A DNA stretch of 59,143 nucleotides from an uncultured virus (IMG/VR IMGVR_UViG_3300007512_002205) (taxonomy: Duplodnaviria > Heunggongvirae > Uroviricota > Caudoviricetes): positions 62,001 to 121,143 of the IMG/VR virus record IMGVR_UViG_3300007512_002205; one strand, 5' to 3'. Under the pieces are notes generated by a model. The model was not told the origin of the DNA. It ran no database searches and saw only the letters and a program-made list of their open reading frames with translations. Shown in pieces: positions 39,721 to 48,596 of this stretch. Numbering within the stretch: position 1 is the first letter of the stretch; every line of letters starts with the position of its first letter. A program made the position numbers and the translations under genes.

Positions 39721-41345
39721 TAAAATCTCCTTTCATACGGCTCTTTAGAGCGAATTCTCAACATTGTTTCATATTGTTGTTTGCCGCTCACTTTGTCAAC
39801 ATTAATCGAAGTCTCGCGATTATAAACATGCAAGATTTCTGGGATGAACCGTGAAAGCTCACCCGCCATCTCAAGCATCGGTAGCATCATCGCCTGATCA
39901 TAAGACATCTTATAATACTGGCCGTCTAAATCTTTTAAGTCTTCCTTGTTTATTTCTCTCCAAAGTTTGTACTTAAAGGTTCTTAAATGTGATGCTCTCC
40001 AAATATCTCGCCTGAACAGATTGTTTTTGATAACCTCTTCCGGGTATTCAGAAGGCTCGACTCCTCTGCGGCCACTTGGATGTTCAACGTAACTTCCGTA
40101 TGTTAAAACACACCCTTCGTTTTCATATGTGTCTGCAAGGTGATCGAGAACCCCAAACCCTGGTAGCCAATCATCTCCGTCCACAACCACAATAACGTCC
40201 TCCTCTTTCGGCTTAAGATTCTCTATGGCTGTAATGATGTTTAAAAGGGCGTACTTCTTTTCCGTGTTCTTTATAAAATTGAACCTGCGATACTGAAAAT
40301 ACGGCTTTAGCTTCTCCTCCATATTGTCTGTCGATACGTCATCGATAACAGTGACGGTGTGGTTTTTATAACGCTGCATTAAAATGCTATCGACCGTCTT
40401 GGTTATCCAATTTCTTGCGTTATAAGCAGGAACAACAAAATGAAATCTTATATTTGATTTTGATTCAATCTTTGTCGTTTCATCAAGGCATCTATCAAAA
40501 AATTTCCATCTCATAATTGACACATATTCCAAAATTGGATCGAGATTATAGAGTCCCTCCTTGGGTTCGTCATTAAACCACCACTCATCTCGATGCTGTA
40601 CATTTTCATTCGTTATAACATCACACCCAAGAAGCTTCGCTTCAATTGTTATTCTCGGACAAGTATCAAGCCCCTTTGGCAAAAAGATAAGCCCCTTTGA
40701 ACTAGCCATTTTGTTAAGCATCTCTTTGTGTGAGACGCGAAAGACTTTTTCATATTCAAGGCCATTATCGTTGGCGTATTTTACACAATCGTCAACCCCT
40801 TTAATCCACGAACCAGAATCCAGAATAAGATATTTATTGTTCTTTTTTGAAGTGTCCAAACCTTTAATGTATTGGAGTGTTTCATCCGAAAAGGATGAAG
40901 ATATCACAACATTATTTGCTTTCTTTAAAATCGGAAATAGCCGATGGTATTCGTCTCGTTGCCCTTCAGACATCCAAAAAAGGGCCTTTGCTTTGTAAAA
41001 GAAAACGGCAACAAGCTTCCCATGTGGTGATTTTTCACACTCACAAAAGCCTGTTGCCGCTATGTGTTTGTGGGAGCATCTTAACTCACAATACTTATAA
41101 TCAAATTCAAGAATATGATAATTTGTAAGTGTTTTCGCAATTTTAATCAGAAGAGGGTCTGCGATCAGTGTAAAATTACCAAAGATCCAGGTTTCATCTT
41201 TATGCTCGTTGATGAAGTCTTCTGTTAATAAATGGGATTGAACCCTTTTGATTGGGGTGAGAGCACTCGATAAAAAGGACTCAAGAGTAAGTTCAGCTCC
41301 CCCGATTGATTGTGGGTAAAAGAAATCTGCCACACATATAATCAT
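39720..41345 (-). CDS. Bifunctional glycosyltransferase (N-terminal GT4-like + C-terminal GT2)
   Basis: N-half GGAELT...DTCPRITIEAKLLG; C-half VVPAYN, VIDDVSTD, VDGDDW. Confidence 0.85.
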   Translation of the reverse strand: MIICVADFFYPQSIGGAELTLESFLSSALTPIKRVQSHLLTEDFINEHKDETWIFGNFTLIADPLLIKIAKTLTNYHILEFDYKYCELRCSHKHIAATGFCECEKSPHGKLVAVFFYKAKALFWMSEGQRDEYHRLFPILKKANNVVISSSFSDETLQYIKGLDTSKKNNKYLILDSGSWIKGVDDCVKYANDNGLEYEKVFRVSHKEMLNKMASSKGLIFLPKGLDTCPRITIEAKLLGCDVITNENVQHRDEWWFNDEPKEGLYNLDPILEYVSIMRWKFFDRCLDETTKIESKSNIRFHFVVPAYNARNWITKTVDSILMQRYKNHTVTVIDDVSTDNMEEKLKPYFQYRRFNFIKNTEKKYALLNIITAIENLKPKEEDVIVVVDGDDWLPGFGVLDHLADTYENEGCVLTYGSYVEHPSGRRGVEPSEYPEEVIKNNLFRRDIWRASHLRTFKYKLWREINKEDLKDLDGQYYKMSYDQAMMLPMLEMAGELSRFIPEILHVYNRETSINVDKVSGKQQYETMLRIRSKEPYERRF

Positions 41346-42598
41346 AACGATATTTCATTGAACATTGAATCGATCTCATCTTCATACTCAATGAACTCCT
41401 TTAAATGTTGATAAAAGTTATCATAGATTTTCTCTTCGGAGAAGTTCTCATCAAGATGCTTCTTTAGCTTCTTCGCTTGACTTTCAAAGCGACCAAAATC
41501 TTTGTAAACCTCTCTCATCTTTTCCTTCGCACTTCTTTCTTTTGGGTAAGCCCACATTGATTCCTTGACAAGAATTGTATCCCACACAGCTTCTTTCTGA
41601 ATTGGTTTGATGTCGTAATCGACCTTTGCAAAATGTGGTCGATTCTTTATCTTGCCTTTAACTTTTTTTGGAGCGTACAAAAAGTCTTTCTGCCCACTCC
41701 AATCAGTTGTAACGACAGGCTTCCCAACGTAGGCAGACTCAAACACAGGCAAGCCGTACCCTTCGCCGTGGCTAAGAGAGATAAGCGCCTTAATCTTTGG
41801 GTGTGCGTAAAGTGAATGAACCTCATCATGGGACATAAACCCATGAACAAGATACAGCTTGCACTTTCTATCAGGATAAACAGCCGCAATTGATTTTAAA
41901 TTGCTCTCAATTTGCATCCTATCACGGACACTGTTTCTGGCGATGTTGGCCTTCATGACGAGGCCAACGTCTTCATTGTCATGAAACTCTTCCAAGAACC
42001 ATTGAATTGTGTTAACAACGTTCTTCCTCGAACTCCATTGTAGAACTGCAAGGAAATTAAACTCTGTTTCGAGGTCGAGGTCAAGATCGACAGTTTCAAA
42101 TTGTCTCACAGGATAATTGCAGTACTCAACGGCCTTCTCAAGCTTGAGTTCCATCATGTGTCCATATTCATTCTTTTTTTGATAGAATGAGTTCTCAAAC
42201 ACGGCTTTCGAATGCCTTGAAACCACAACAACTTTATCCGCAACCTGATTCACTTTTTCAATCCACTCGGGGGAAACCTTTGTGGTTTCAATTCCGGCTG
42301 TATAAAGTATATTAACAGGGGCAAGCTTCTCAAGTTCATTTGGGATTGTCACCTGTAAAGTGATATCGAATTGCTTCTTCTCGTGAAAAGCTTTGATCGT
42401 CTCGGAGATTCTTTCATCCATCCACTTTCGCTCATCATCATCGATAAAAATCCACCCTGTCTTTCCCCAAGGAATATTGGCAATGTATATATCAAGCAAA
42501 TCTTCTTTGCGGCGCAAAGCTCTCAAGGCGAATCGAGCTTGTTCACCATATCCTGATTGTGATAAAACCGGACCTTTGACTAAGATACTTTTTTTCAT
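41342..42598 (-). CDS. Glycosyltransferase, GT4-like
   Basis: SGYG, RKN, HGEGYGLPVFESA, TDWSGQKDF. Confidence 0.9.
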   Translation of the reverse strand: MKKSILVKGPVLSQSGYGEQARFALRALRRKEDLLDIYIANIPWGKTGWIFIDDDERKWMDERISETIKAFHEKKQFDITLQVTIPNELEKLAPVNILYTAGIETTKVSPEWIEKVNQVADKVVVVSRHSKAVFENSFYQKKNEYGHMMELKLEKAVEYCNYPVRQFETVDLDLDLETEFNFLAVLQWSSRKNVVNTIQWFLEEFHDNEDVGLVMKANIARNSVRDRMQIESNLKSIAAVYPDRKCKLYLVHGFMSHDEVHSLYAHPKIKALISLSHGEGYGLPVFESAYVGKPVVTTDWSGQKDFLYAPKKVKGKIKNRPHFAKVDYDIKPIQKEAVWDTILVKESMWAYPKERSAKEKMREVYKDFGRFESQAKKLKKHLDENFSEEKIYDNFYQHLKEFIEYEDEIDSMFNEISL

Positions 42599-43851
42599 TT
42601 TATTTCCTTAAACGCCCAGGGGTTGTAATTTTTTCGTGTACCCCAAGAACCGTATTCGTTGTAAACATTGGTTAAAATCTCTTCCCAACCAGTTATAAAT
42701 TTATTGAAATTATAATTCTTTACAACATGTTCGCGGCCCTTACGACCAAGTGCTTTGCGATCCTCTTCTGAGAGGTTGAACACTTCTTCCATTGCAGAGA
42801 CAACAGATTCCTCGCTCACCCTATCCTCATAAATGTATGGAACGTTCTGTGAACCAACAACGGCTTTTGACGCCGGCTCAATGCCGATGCCATACAGTTC
42901 TCCGCCCTTCTTCACTTGCTCTTGTAAGCCACCTGTCAGCGTGGCAATAATCGGTGTTGCACACGCAAGGGATTCAAGAGTCGCAAGTCCAAACCCTTCA
43001 GCGTCTGCAATATTGATTGTGCAATCCGCCATGTTGTACATGGCTGCCAAATTTTCAGGCGAAACCGACGTTGCTGAAAATCTTATTTGATGTTCTGTCA
43101 GGCCAAGCTTCTTAACAACTGCTTCAAGATCTGGACCGTTAACATCTTTGGGGTTGGTGTGCATAAGCAACAACGCCTTGTCATGACCGACACGATCAAG
43201 GAACGTTTTATACCACCAAATAAGAGAAGAACTCATCTTTCGACGAGCATTTCTATTGTTCCAGAAGAACAGAAAACGCTCACTATCTTCTCCAAAGTTG
43301 CCCTTTCTTATGTTGGATATCTTATGCTCACTTTGTGGGAAAAAGACATCTCCATTCACGGCGTGAGGGTGATAAATGCAGGTAACATTTGGCGAAACTT
43401 CACGAACAACGTCATGAGTTAGCTTTGAGATAGCCACAATGACATCTGTTGAGTCGTAATGTTTTCTATTGAAATCAGGGGCTGGGAAGTTGTCCCAAAC
43501 GTGGTAATAGACCATGGGACATAATGGACGAATTTCATCTTCAATCTCCCACAACCACTCAAAATATCTTGGATCTGTCATAAACCAAAGAATATCGGGT
43601 TTTTCTGCTCTCAACACAGACCTGATTATATTGTGATCTCCGAAACCATTAACAGGGATGATTGTCCAGTCCTCCCCGTATTCTTCAAAACGAATTGGGG
43701 TATAGTCCTTGTGCTTCATTGCCCCTCCAAGAGAAACGACGCTAAACTTACCCGTCTTTAGAAGACCTTCAATAATATACCTTGTCTGTGTGCCAACACC
43801 AGATGTTGCCAAAGGCATATCCGATAGGGTCAGTATCTTTATCTTTTTCAT
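42595..43851 (-). CDS. Glycosyltransferase, GT4-like
   Basis: SGVG, NRNARRK, EGFGLATLESLA, TGGLQE. Confidence 0.9.
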   Translation of the reverse strand: MKKIKILTLSDMPLATSGVGTQTRYIIEGLLKTGKFSVVSLGGAMKHKDYTPIRFEEYGEDWTIIPVNGFGDHNIIRSVLRAEKPDILWFMTDPRYFEWLWEIEDEIRPLCPMVYYHVWDNFPAPDFNRKHYDSTDVIVAISKLTHDVVREVSPNVTCIYHPHAVNGDVFFPQSEHKISNIRKGNFGEDSERFLFFWNNRNARRKMSSSLIWWYKTFLDRVGHDKALLLMHTNPKDVNGPDLEAVVKKLGLTEHQIRFSATSVSPENLAAMYNMADCTINIADAEGFGLATLESLACATPIIATLTGGLQEQVKKGGELYGIGIEPASKAVVGSQNVPYIYEDRVSEESVVSAMEEVFNLSEEDRKALGRKGREHVVKNYNFNKFITGWEEILTNVYNEYGSWGTRKNYNPWAFKEIK

Positions 43852-43854
43852 TTT

Positions 43855-44031
43855 TTAACCTTTCTTCAAGTTTTCCACTAAAAAATCCACCCTCTTTCTA
43901 AGAGCTGAGATTTCTTCAGCTAACTTGTTCTGACGAGCCTTCTTTTCACAAGAAGCGCAAATGACCTTTTTCCACTTTACCACACCACAATCACGACAAA
44001 CCTCTAACTCATCAAACGAAATAACACTCAT
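43855..44031 (-). CDS. Small zinc-ribbon/coiled-coil protein (58 aa; not in ORF track)
   Basis: MSVISFDELEVCRDCGVVKWKKVICASCEKKARQNKLAEEISALRKRVDFLVENLKKG; ATGA overlap with the nuclease stop; exactly fills the gap. Confidence 0.75.
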   Translation of the reverse strand: MSVISFDELEVCRDCGVVKWKKVICASCEKKARQNKLAEEISALRKRVDFLVENLKKG

Positions 44032-44807
44032 TGTTTACACCTTTCTGTCCTATAGAAGACGCACGGACCAAATTTACCGATACAGGACAGCCTGTTTTTT
44101 ATGTGAGTACCGGCTTGTATGTTTTTTATTGCCTTTTCAAGTAAAAGTGTGGCGTTTTGAGTTTTCTTAGCGCCGCTTGTTACTCGAAAGATTTCCACCT
44201 TCTTGCCAGCTTTTGCTGTTCTTTTAAGAAGTCCGAAGTAGGTTTCTACCATTCCGGCGTCTAGCTTATGTTTCTTTATAAAGAAATTTTTGTACAGTGT
44301 TAACTGGTATGTTGTAAGTTTTTCAGATTTTCTCCTAGCATCCCATCCCCATGAACATGTTTTCCAGTCAATAATGTGATATTTTCCGTCAGGAGTCTTC
44401 AGTGCGAGGTCTACGAACCCCTTAAAAGAAAAATCATCAAACCCCTCAATCGGCTCATATAATTTCTCTTCCGCTTTAACAATTTCATAATCAGGGAACT
44501 TTTCTTTAATTGCTGGGATGATCTCCGGGATGATCTCCACACCTTGAGAAAGAAAAAGTGCAACGTCTTCTTCTGACACCTCGACCTTGTTTTCCAAGAT
44601 CTCTTTCAAGAAGTTCTCTTCCAAATGTTCATCATAATTAAGATCTTTTCCACAAACAAGGTTTTCACAGACTGAATGCATAGCTGTTCCAAACGTCGTG
44701 TGAATGGAATCGGAAAATGGATTCAGTTTGTCTTCATATGTTAATTTTCTAAAATACGGGCATGTGCTCCAAGCTTTCAACTCAGAGAATGATATGTGCT
44801 TCTTCAC
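44028..44807 (-). CDS. PD-(D/E)XK nuclease, RecB/AddB/Cas4-like, probably Fe-S binding
   Basis: ISFSEL..CP, FGTAMH, GFVD, IIDWKT, QLTLY and C-terminal C..C..C; GTG start with AGGAG. Confidence 0.88.
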   Translation of the reverse strand: MKKHISFSELKAWSTCPYFRKLTYEDKLNPFSDSIHTTFGTAMHSVCENLVCGKDLNYDEHLEENFLKEILENKVEVSEEDVALFLSQGVEIIPEIIPAIKEKFPDYEIVKAEEKLYEPIEGFDDFSFKGFVDLALKTPDGKYHIIDWKTCSWGWDARRKSEKLTTYQLTLYKNFFIKKHKLDAGMVETYFGLLKRTAKAGKKVEIFRVTSGAKKTQNATLLLEKAIKNIQAGTHIKNRLSCIGKFGPCVFYRTERCKQ

Positions 44808-44815
44808 TTAGTCTC

Positions 44816-45505
44816 CTAAATTGTTCTCAATAATTCAAATATCTTCTTGTATAGCATTGGGCACAAGGTTGCAAGATCTTCTCTCTTGCCAAGGAAGTAG
44901 TGCTCAAATCCATCTGCGAAATATTCATTCAACGAAACGGGGGCATATGATGTTAAGAAAATCCCACTGATAAACTTCTTCATTCTTCCGTTTCCAACCT
45001 TTTCTGTGAAAAATACGTCGAGTTTTTTATCATATTCGTGGTTCTTGAACGCCTCTTTTGCCCATCGATCTTCTGTAAAGTAAGGGCTCATCCTTTCGAA
45101 CAGCAGGTTTCTCTTGTGAAGGAACTCTTCTTTCAAGATTTCATCTTCGTAGATACCTTCACCATACTGCTCTTCAACCAAGTGAGCAACCTCGTGAACT
45201 ATATCGTCCAAAAGGTCCATTGACCCATCTTGCTCTTTGCTAACAAGATAAAGAGCGCCCTCCCAATATTTGGCATTCGCACCTTCCTCTTCGATTTCAG
45301 GAAAGCTGCCAATATATACCGCATTCAACCCCTTAAATAACGGCTCTGGCATCTCATCGTTGAGAAAGTTTAAAACACTTCGTATTGAAACGTTTTCAGG
45401 GACCTTCTCTGTTATATAAACAGGAACAGTGTCATGGATAAAAAGATCCATTTTCTCCAACAACACAGGGCTGTTCTTCTTTATATATTCTTTCAAGAGG
45501 TTCAT
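44816..45505 (-). CDS. Zincin-like metallopeptidase
   Basis: IVHEVAHLVE (HEXXH) and SLNEYFADGFEHYF. Confidence 0.75.
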   Translation of the reverse strand: MNLLKEYIKKNSPVLLEKMDLFIHDTVPVYITEKVPENVSIRSVLNFLNDEMPEPLFKGLNAVYIGSFPEIEEEGANAKYWEGALYLVSKEQDGSMDLLDDIVHEVAHLVEEQYGEGIYEDEILKEEFLHKRNLLFERMSPYFTEDRWAKEAFKNHEYDKKLDVFFTEKVGNGRMKKFISGIFLTSYAPVSLNEYFADGFEHYFLGKREDLATLCPMLYKKIFELLRTI

Positions 45506-45678
45506 CCTAGCAAGACCTGTTTTCCTGTTTCTTTGTTCTCATTCTTCTTGCTTTGAAGTTCATCAAACAACTCTTTCTTTTGAAGCTCCTCAAGATGAGG
45601 GTATTTTTCAAATACCTGACTCAGCGACAAGTTCTCCTTTAGTTGAATGTCTTTAATCATTTCAAATACTTTTCCCAT
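45502..45678 (-). CDS. Small hypothetical protein (58 aa; not in ORF track)
   Basis: MGKVFEMIKDIQLKENLSLSQVFEKYPHLEEL...KQVLLG; AGGAG Shine-Dalgarno; ATGA overlap with the next gene. Confidence 0.7.
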   Translation of the reverse strand: MGKVFEMIKDIQLKENLSLSQVFEKYPHLEELQKKELFDELQSKKNENKETGKQVLLG

Positions 45679-45689
45679 AACGTGTTCTC

Positions 45690-46337
45690 CTATATTACTT
45701 TATCAACAAGGCCGTATTCAAGGCATTGTTCCGAATCGAACCAAAGGTCGTGTTTCAAGATTTCCTTAAGTTTCTTATCCGGGATTTTTGTATATGTCTT
45801 ATAAATCTCTTTCATTTTGTCCATGATAAGATCGTGGTTTTGCATCTGCTCTTTCATCTCTTCATAGTTACCCCAAACACCAGATGAAAGCTGATGGATA
45901 AGCATGAACGAATTTGGCGACATAATCCGTTTATCGCCGGCAACAGTAATGAGAGTCGCTGCACTTGCAGCACAACCATCAACATGTGTGTGAACCGGAG
46001 TTTTGCACTCTCTTATGCAATCAACAACGGCCAAGGCTGCAAAGATGCTTCCGCCATAGCTATTGATGTGAATATGAATCGGAGGTGAATCCATTTCATA
46101 TTTTACCTTAAAAATCTGAAGTTCTTTGTCGAGCCTTGAAATCGCCTTATTCAAGTGCAACATCTCTTGCTCTTCAATGGGGCCATAATAATAAATTCTA
46201 TTATCTTGGATTTCAAGAGGGTTCTTTGAATCTTCTGACGAAGGTCCCCCCATGAAGATAACAGAAGGCATCGCAGGCTCCTCCTCTTCTTTCTTTTCTT
46301 TTTTTTTCGTTGTTTTCTTATCAGCCCAATAGATCAT
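45690..46337 (-). CDS. clpP: ClpP-family serine protease
   Basis: INSYGGS, GCAASAA (catalytic Ser), MLIHQ (His), DLWF, YGLVD. Confidence 0.9.
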   Translation of the reverse strand: MIYWADKKTTKKKEKKEEEEPAMPSVIFMGGPSSEDSKNPLEIQDNRIYYYGPIEEQEMLHLNKAISRLDKELQIFKVKYEMDSPPIHIHINSYGGSIFAALAVVDCIRECKTPVHTHVDGCAASAATLITVAGDKRIMSPNSFMLIHQLSSGVWGNYEEMKEQMQNHDLIMDKMKEIYKTYTKIPDKKLKEILKHDLWFDSEQCLEYGLVDKVI

Positions 46338-46708
46338 TTTTTCTCCTTATTTAATTCTTCGACTTCTTCTTCTGCACCCGTGATCAGACCCTCAATTGCA
46401 ATCACCATAGATAAGTCTTCAGCGGTTTCTCTTGAAGGGTAGTTCATATAGAACCTAAGATAGTTAAACTTATCTTTTATTTGCACACAGTACGGTAAGT
46501 TGTCAATGTTAAAAAGATTAACGTGACTTTCGATGATTTTTTCGATATCTTCACACAGTTTCAACACTATCGCTTCCCATTCACAAGGGACCGATGACGA
46601 TATCATCATCGGTCCTTTAAGTAGGAATGGGAAGCGATTTTTGTACCTAAGCATATCAACATAGGCACGGTGAGGATTCTCATTCTTTAATGTTGTATAA
46701 TATTTCAT
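46334..46708 (-). CDS. Hypothetical phage protein
   Basis: 124 aa; QIKDKFNYLRFY resembles a motif I recognise from phage hypotheticals. Confidence 0.55.
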   Translation of the reverse strand: MKYYTTLKNENPHRAYVDMLRYKNRFPFLLKGPMMISSSVPCEWEAIVLKLCEDIEKIIESHVNLFNIDNLPYCVQIKDKFNYLRFYMNYPSRETAEDLSMVIAIEGLITGAEEEVEELNKEKK

Positions 46709-46868
46709 AAACGCCTATAATCCTATAAGAATTTTTCCCTTTGCTCATTATTGCAGAGGTTTCCTTTGCGTATTTATAAGCATCCTCAAAAAAACTGAAC
46801 TCTATGTTCTTCTCAATATGCTTTTTTGTTATATCACATTTTAAATGGATTTTATACTTATTCATCAA
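46680..46868 (-). CDS. Small hypothetical protein
   Basis: 62 aa; coupled to both neighbours. Confidence 0.55.
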   Translation of the reverse strand: MMNKYKIHLKCDITKKHIEKNIEFSFFEDAYKYAKETSAIMSKGKNSYRIIGVYEILYNIKE

Positions 46869-47131
46869 TCAACCGCTCCCTTTGAGAATTCTTTCTTGTA
46901 GTCTCTTTTGTGAGTTCGTCGCTTCTTACGAGACTTAATCTTCTTCTCTTTGATTTCGTCAAGAAACTCCTCTTCAACAACACGGGTTTTTACGACAAAA
47001 ATTTTGCCACCGGGACCATATTTCTTGACTTTTACTTGCAACGTTTTATCTTTAATCAGTTCTTTCCTCTTCTCATTCGCTCTATCATAGCTGTCAAACT
47101 TGCCAACTATTTTCCAAGGTTTTCCAAACAT
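46865..47131 (-). CDS. Small basic hypothetical protein
   Basis: 88 aa; GGAGG Shine-Dalgarno. Confidence 0.6.
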   Translation of the reverse strand: MFGKPWKIVGKFDSYDRANEKRKELIKDKTLQVKVKKYGPGGKIFVVKTRVVEEEFLDEIKEKKIKSRKKRRTHKRDYKKEFSKGAVD

Positions 47132-47427
47132 ACTTCCTCCATTTTTTGTATGGTGTAATGCCGCATATACACGATATCATCCGGCAAATAAAACTTGTGA
47201 AATTTTCTCATTTTATTGTTTTTGGGTATCATCTTTTTTTCAATTCCAAGATATAAGAAGATCTCATCGTCAAGGATTCTTTCGTTTTTAGTCAAGAACG
47301 GCTTCTTTGCCCAGACATCAAAAACAATCGTGAACTTAAACCCCTTTTTTTTCATCATCAGAAGGTGTCTGTGCCTACCCAACACACAACGATAATAACG
47401 ACCTTTCTTCAGATCTCTAATTTTCAT
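47107..47427 (-). CDS. Small basic hypothetical protein
   Basis: 106 aa; first ORF after the sigma70-type promoter. Confidence 0.55.
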   Translation of the reverse strand: MKIRDLKKGRYYRCVLGRHRHLLMMKKKGFKFTIVFDVWAKKPFLTKNERILDDEIFLYLGIEKKMIPKNNKMRKFHKFYLPDDIVYMRHYTIQKMEEVCLENLGK

Positions 47428-47485
47428 ATAAGAAGTTTAAACGAAACAAAGGTTTTGTTAACCCTGTCTCGATCAGAGATGAATC

Positions 47486-47514
47486 ATAGTAACATTACTG
47501 AAATTTGTTGTCAA
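47486..47514 (-). promoter_or_regulatory. Sigma70-type promoter (TTGACA-N17-TACTAT, extended -10 TGn)
   Basis: Minus strand reads TTGACA acaaatttcagtaatgt TACTAT, inside the largest non-coding gap of the window (47428-47519). Confidence 0.8.
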
Positions 47515-47519
47515 CCCTT

Positions 47520-48278
47520 TTAACTAGAACCCTTGCCAACTTCACGGGATTTTGTTCCTCCGAGGGAACATGAGTATGCTGAATTTCTAAGCCTCAAGTT
47601 TGCAGGACCTAAAATCCCCATACGAAATGGGACCTGATCAAGACCAACCCTATTATATTGTTCTGAAGCGTTCTTGAAACTGTTTATAGCATGATCCGCT
47701 GTAAATGCAACAGACGTTGTTACAACGTTTCCGGCTGCTGCTTCTTCCGCTTCGGGAAGGCTTGAAGTCCAGTCAAGCTGGAATCCTGCATCTGGAAAGC
47801 CCGACTCTGCAAGAAATGAAATATAAGCTAGGTTTCCAGACTGGAATGTTCCAGATGAAGTGCCATCTATAAATCCCCAAGTTGGTTGAGTCCAGTCTTC
47901 ATGAATTGATGGGTTTAGTGCTGAGCTTATGTTCTCGACAATAGCTTCGTCTGTCCAGACGTTTACGGCAAGGTTATCTGCGGAATCAACATAGACTTGG
48001 AAGAAGTTTCCTGTAACAAAGTTTTCATATGATGGGGTAATATATAATGAATCAAGGATTTCACCGCCATTTCCAACATTGTATGGAGAATCTGAGGGTG
48101 ATAAAAGAAAACTTGGAAGTGACATTGTTAAACTGGTCACGGCACCAGTTGGTTCTAAAAGAAAATCGGCATCATCAAGATCGCTATAGTTACCTGCTGG
48201 ACCTCCAGTATCATACAGTGATCCAAATGGATCTGAGGCTGTCTGAGGTGTGTTGTTTGCTAAGTTATAGGAAGGCAT
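47520..48278 (-). CDS. CUB-like domain protein, possible virion surface/decoration protein
   Basis: GSLYDTGGPAGNYSD...LEPTG, DSLYI and ISFLAESGFPDAGFQLDW resemble bacterial CUB domains. Confidence 0.55.
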   Translation of the reverse strand: MPSYNLANNTPQTASDPFGSLYDTGGPAGNYSDLDDADFLLEPTGAVTSLTMSLPSFLLSPSDSPYNVGNGGEILDSLYITPSYENFVTGNFFQVYVDSADNLAVNVWTDEAIVENISSALNPSIHEDWTQPTWGFIDGTSSGTFQSGNLAYISFLAESGFPDAGFQLDWTSSLPEAEEAAAGNVVTTSVAFTADHAINSFKNASEQYNRVGLDQVPFRMGILGPANLRLRNSAYSCSLGGTKSREVGKGSS

Positions 48279-48279
48279 A

Positions 48280-48591
48280 TTATAGCACTCCTATCTTATA
48301 TTTTTTTAATAGTCTCACATAGACATTCTTATGAATACCTAGACTCCTGGCTGCTACACTATAATTCGGATAATGCTGAACAGCAAATCTTATGAGAGCT
48401 TCTTTTATTATTTCTGGAAATTTACGATATAGATTATATCCATACAATTTACCATTCATTACTTTCGAAGCGTTCTCTAACTTCAGTCCGATGACTTCTT
48501 CCAGAGTCAGATTGTTGAGCATGAACTCAAACTTCTCGTCTATAAGTTTGCTCTCTTTTAATTGATTTGTCAAGCTGACGTAGGTCTTCAT
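48280..48591 (-). CDS. Fis-type HTH DNA-binding protein
   Basis: C-terminal NYSVAARSLGIHKNVYVRLLKKYKI. Confidence 0.7.
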   Translation of the reverse strand: MKTYVSLTNQLKESKLIDEKFEFMLNNLTLEEVIGLKLENASKVMNGKLYGYNLYRKFPEIIKEALIRFAVQHYPNYSVAARSLGIHKNVYVRLLKKYKIGVL

Positions 48592-48596
48592 AAATA

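Noticed and set aside
18388..43851. Bacterial O-antigen/capsule locus (window is a bacterial chromosome)
   Set aside because: No membrane export or polymerase genes and no housekeeping genes; seamless coupling to phage sigma and baseplate genes.
44028..44807. Cas4-like gene as evidence of a CRISPR-Cas system
   Set aside because: No repeat-spacer array or other cas genes seen; stand-alone Cas4/RecB-like nucleases are common in phages.
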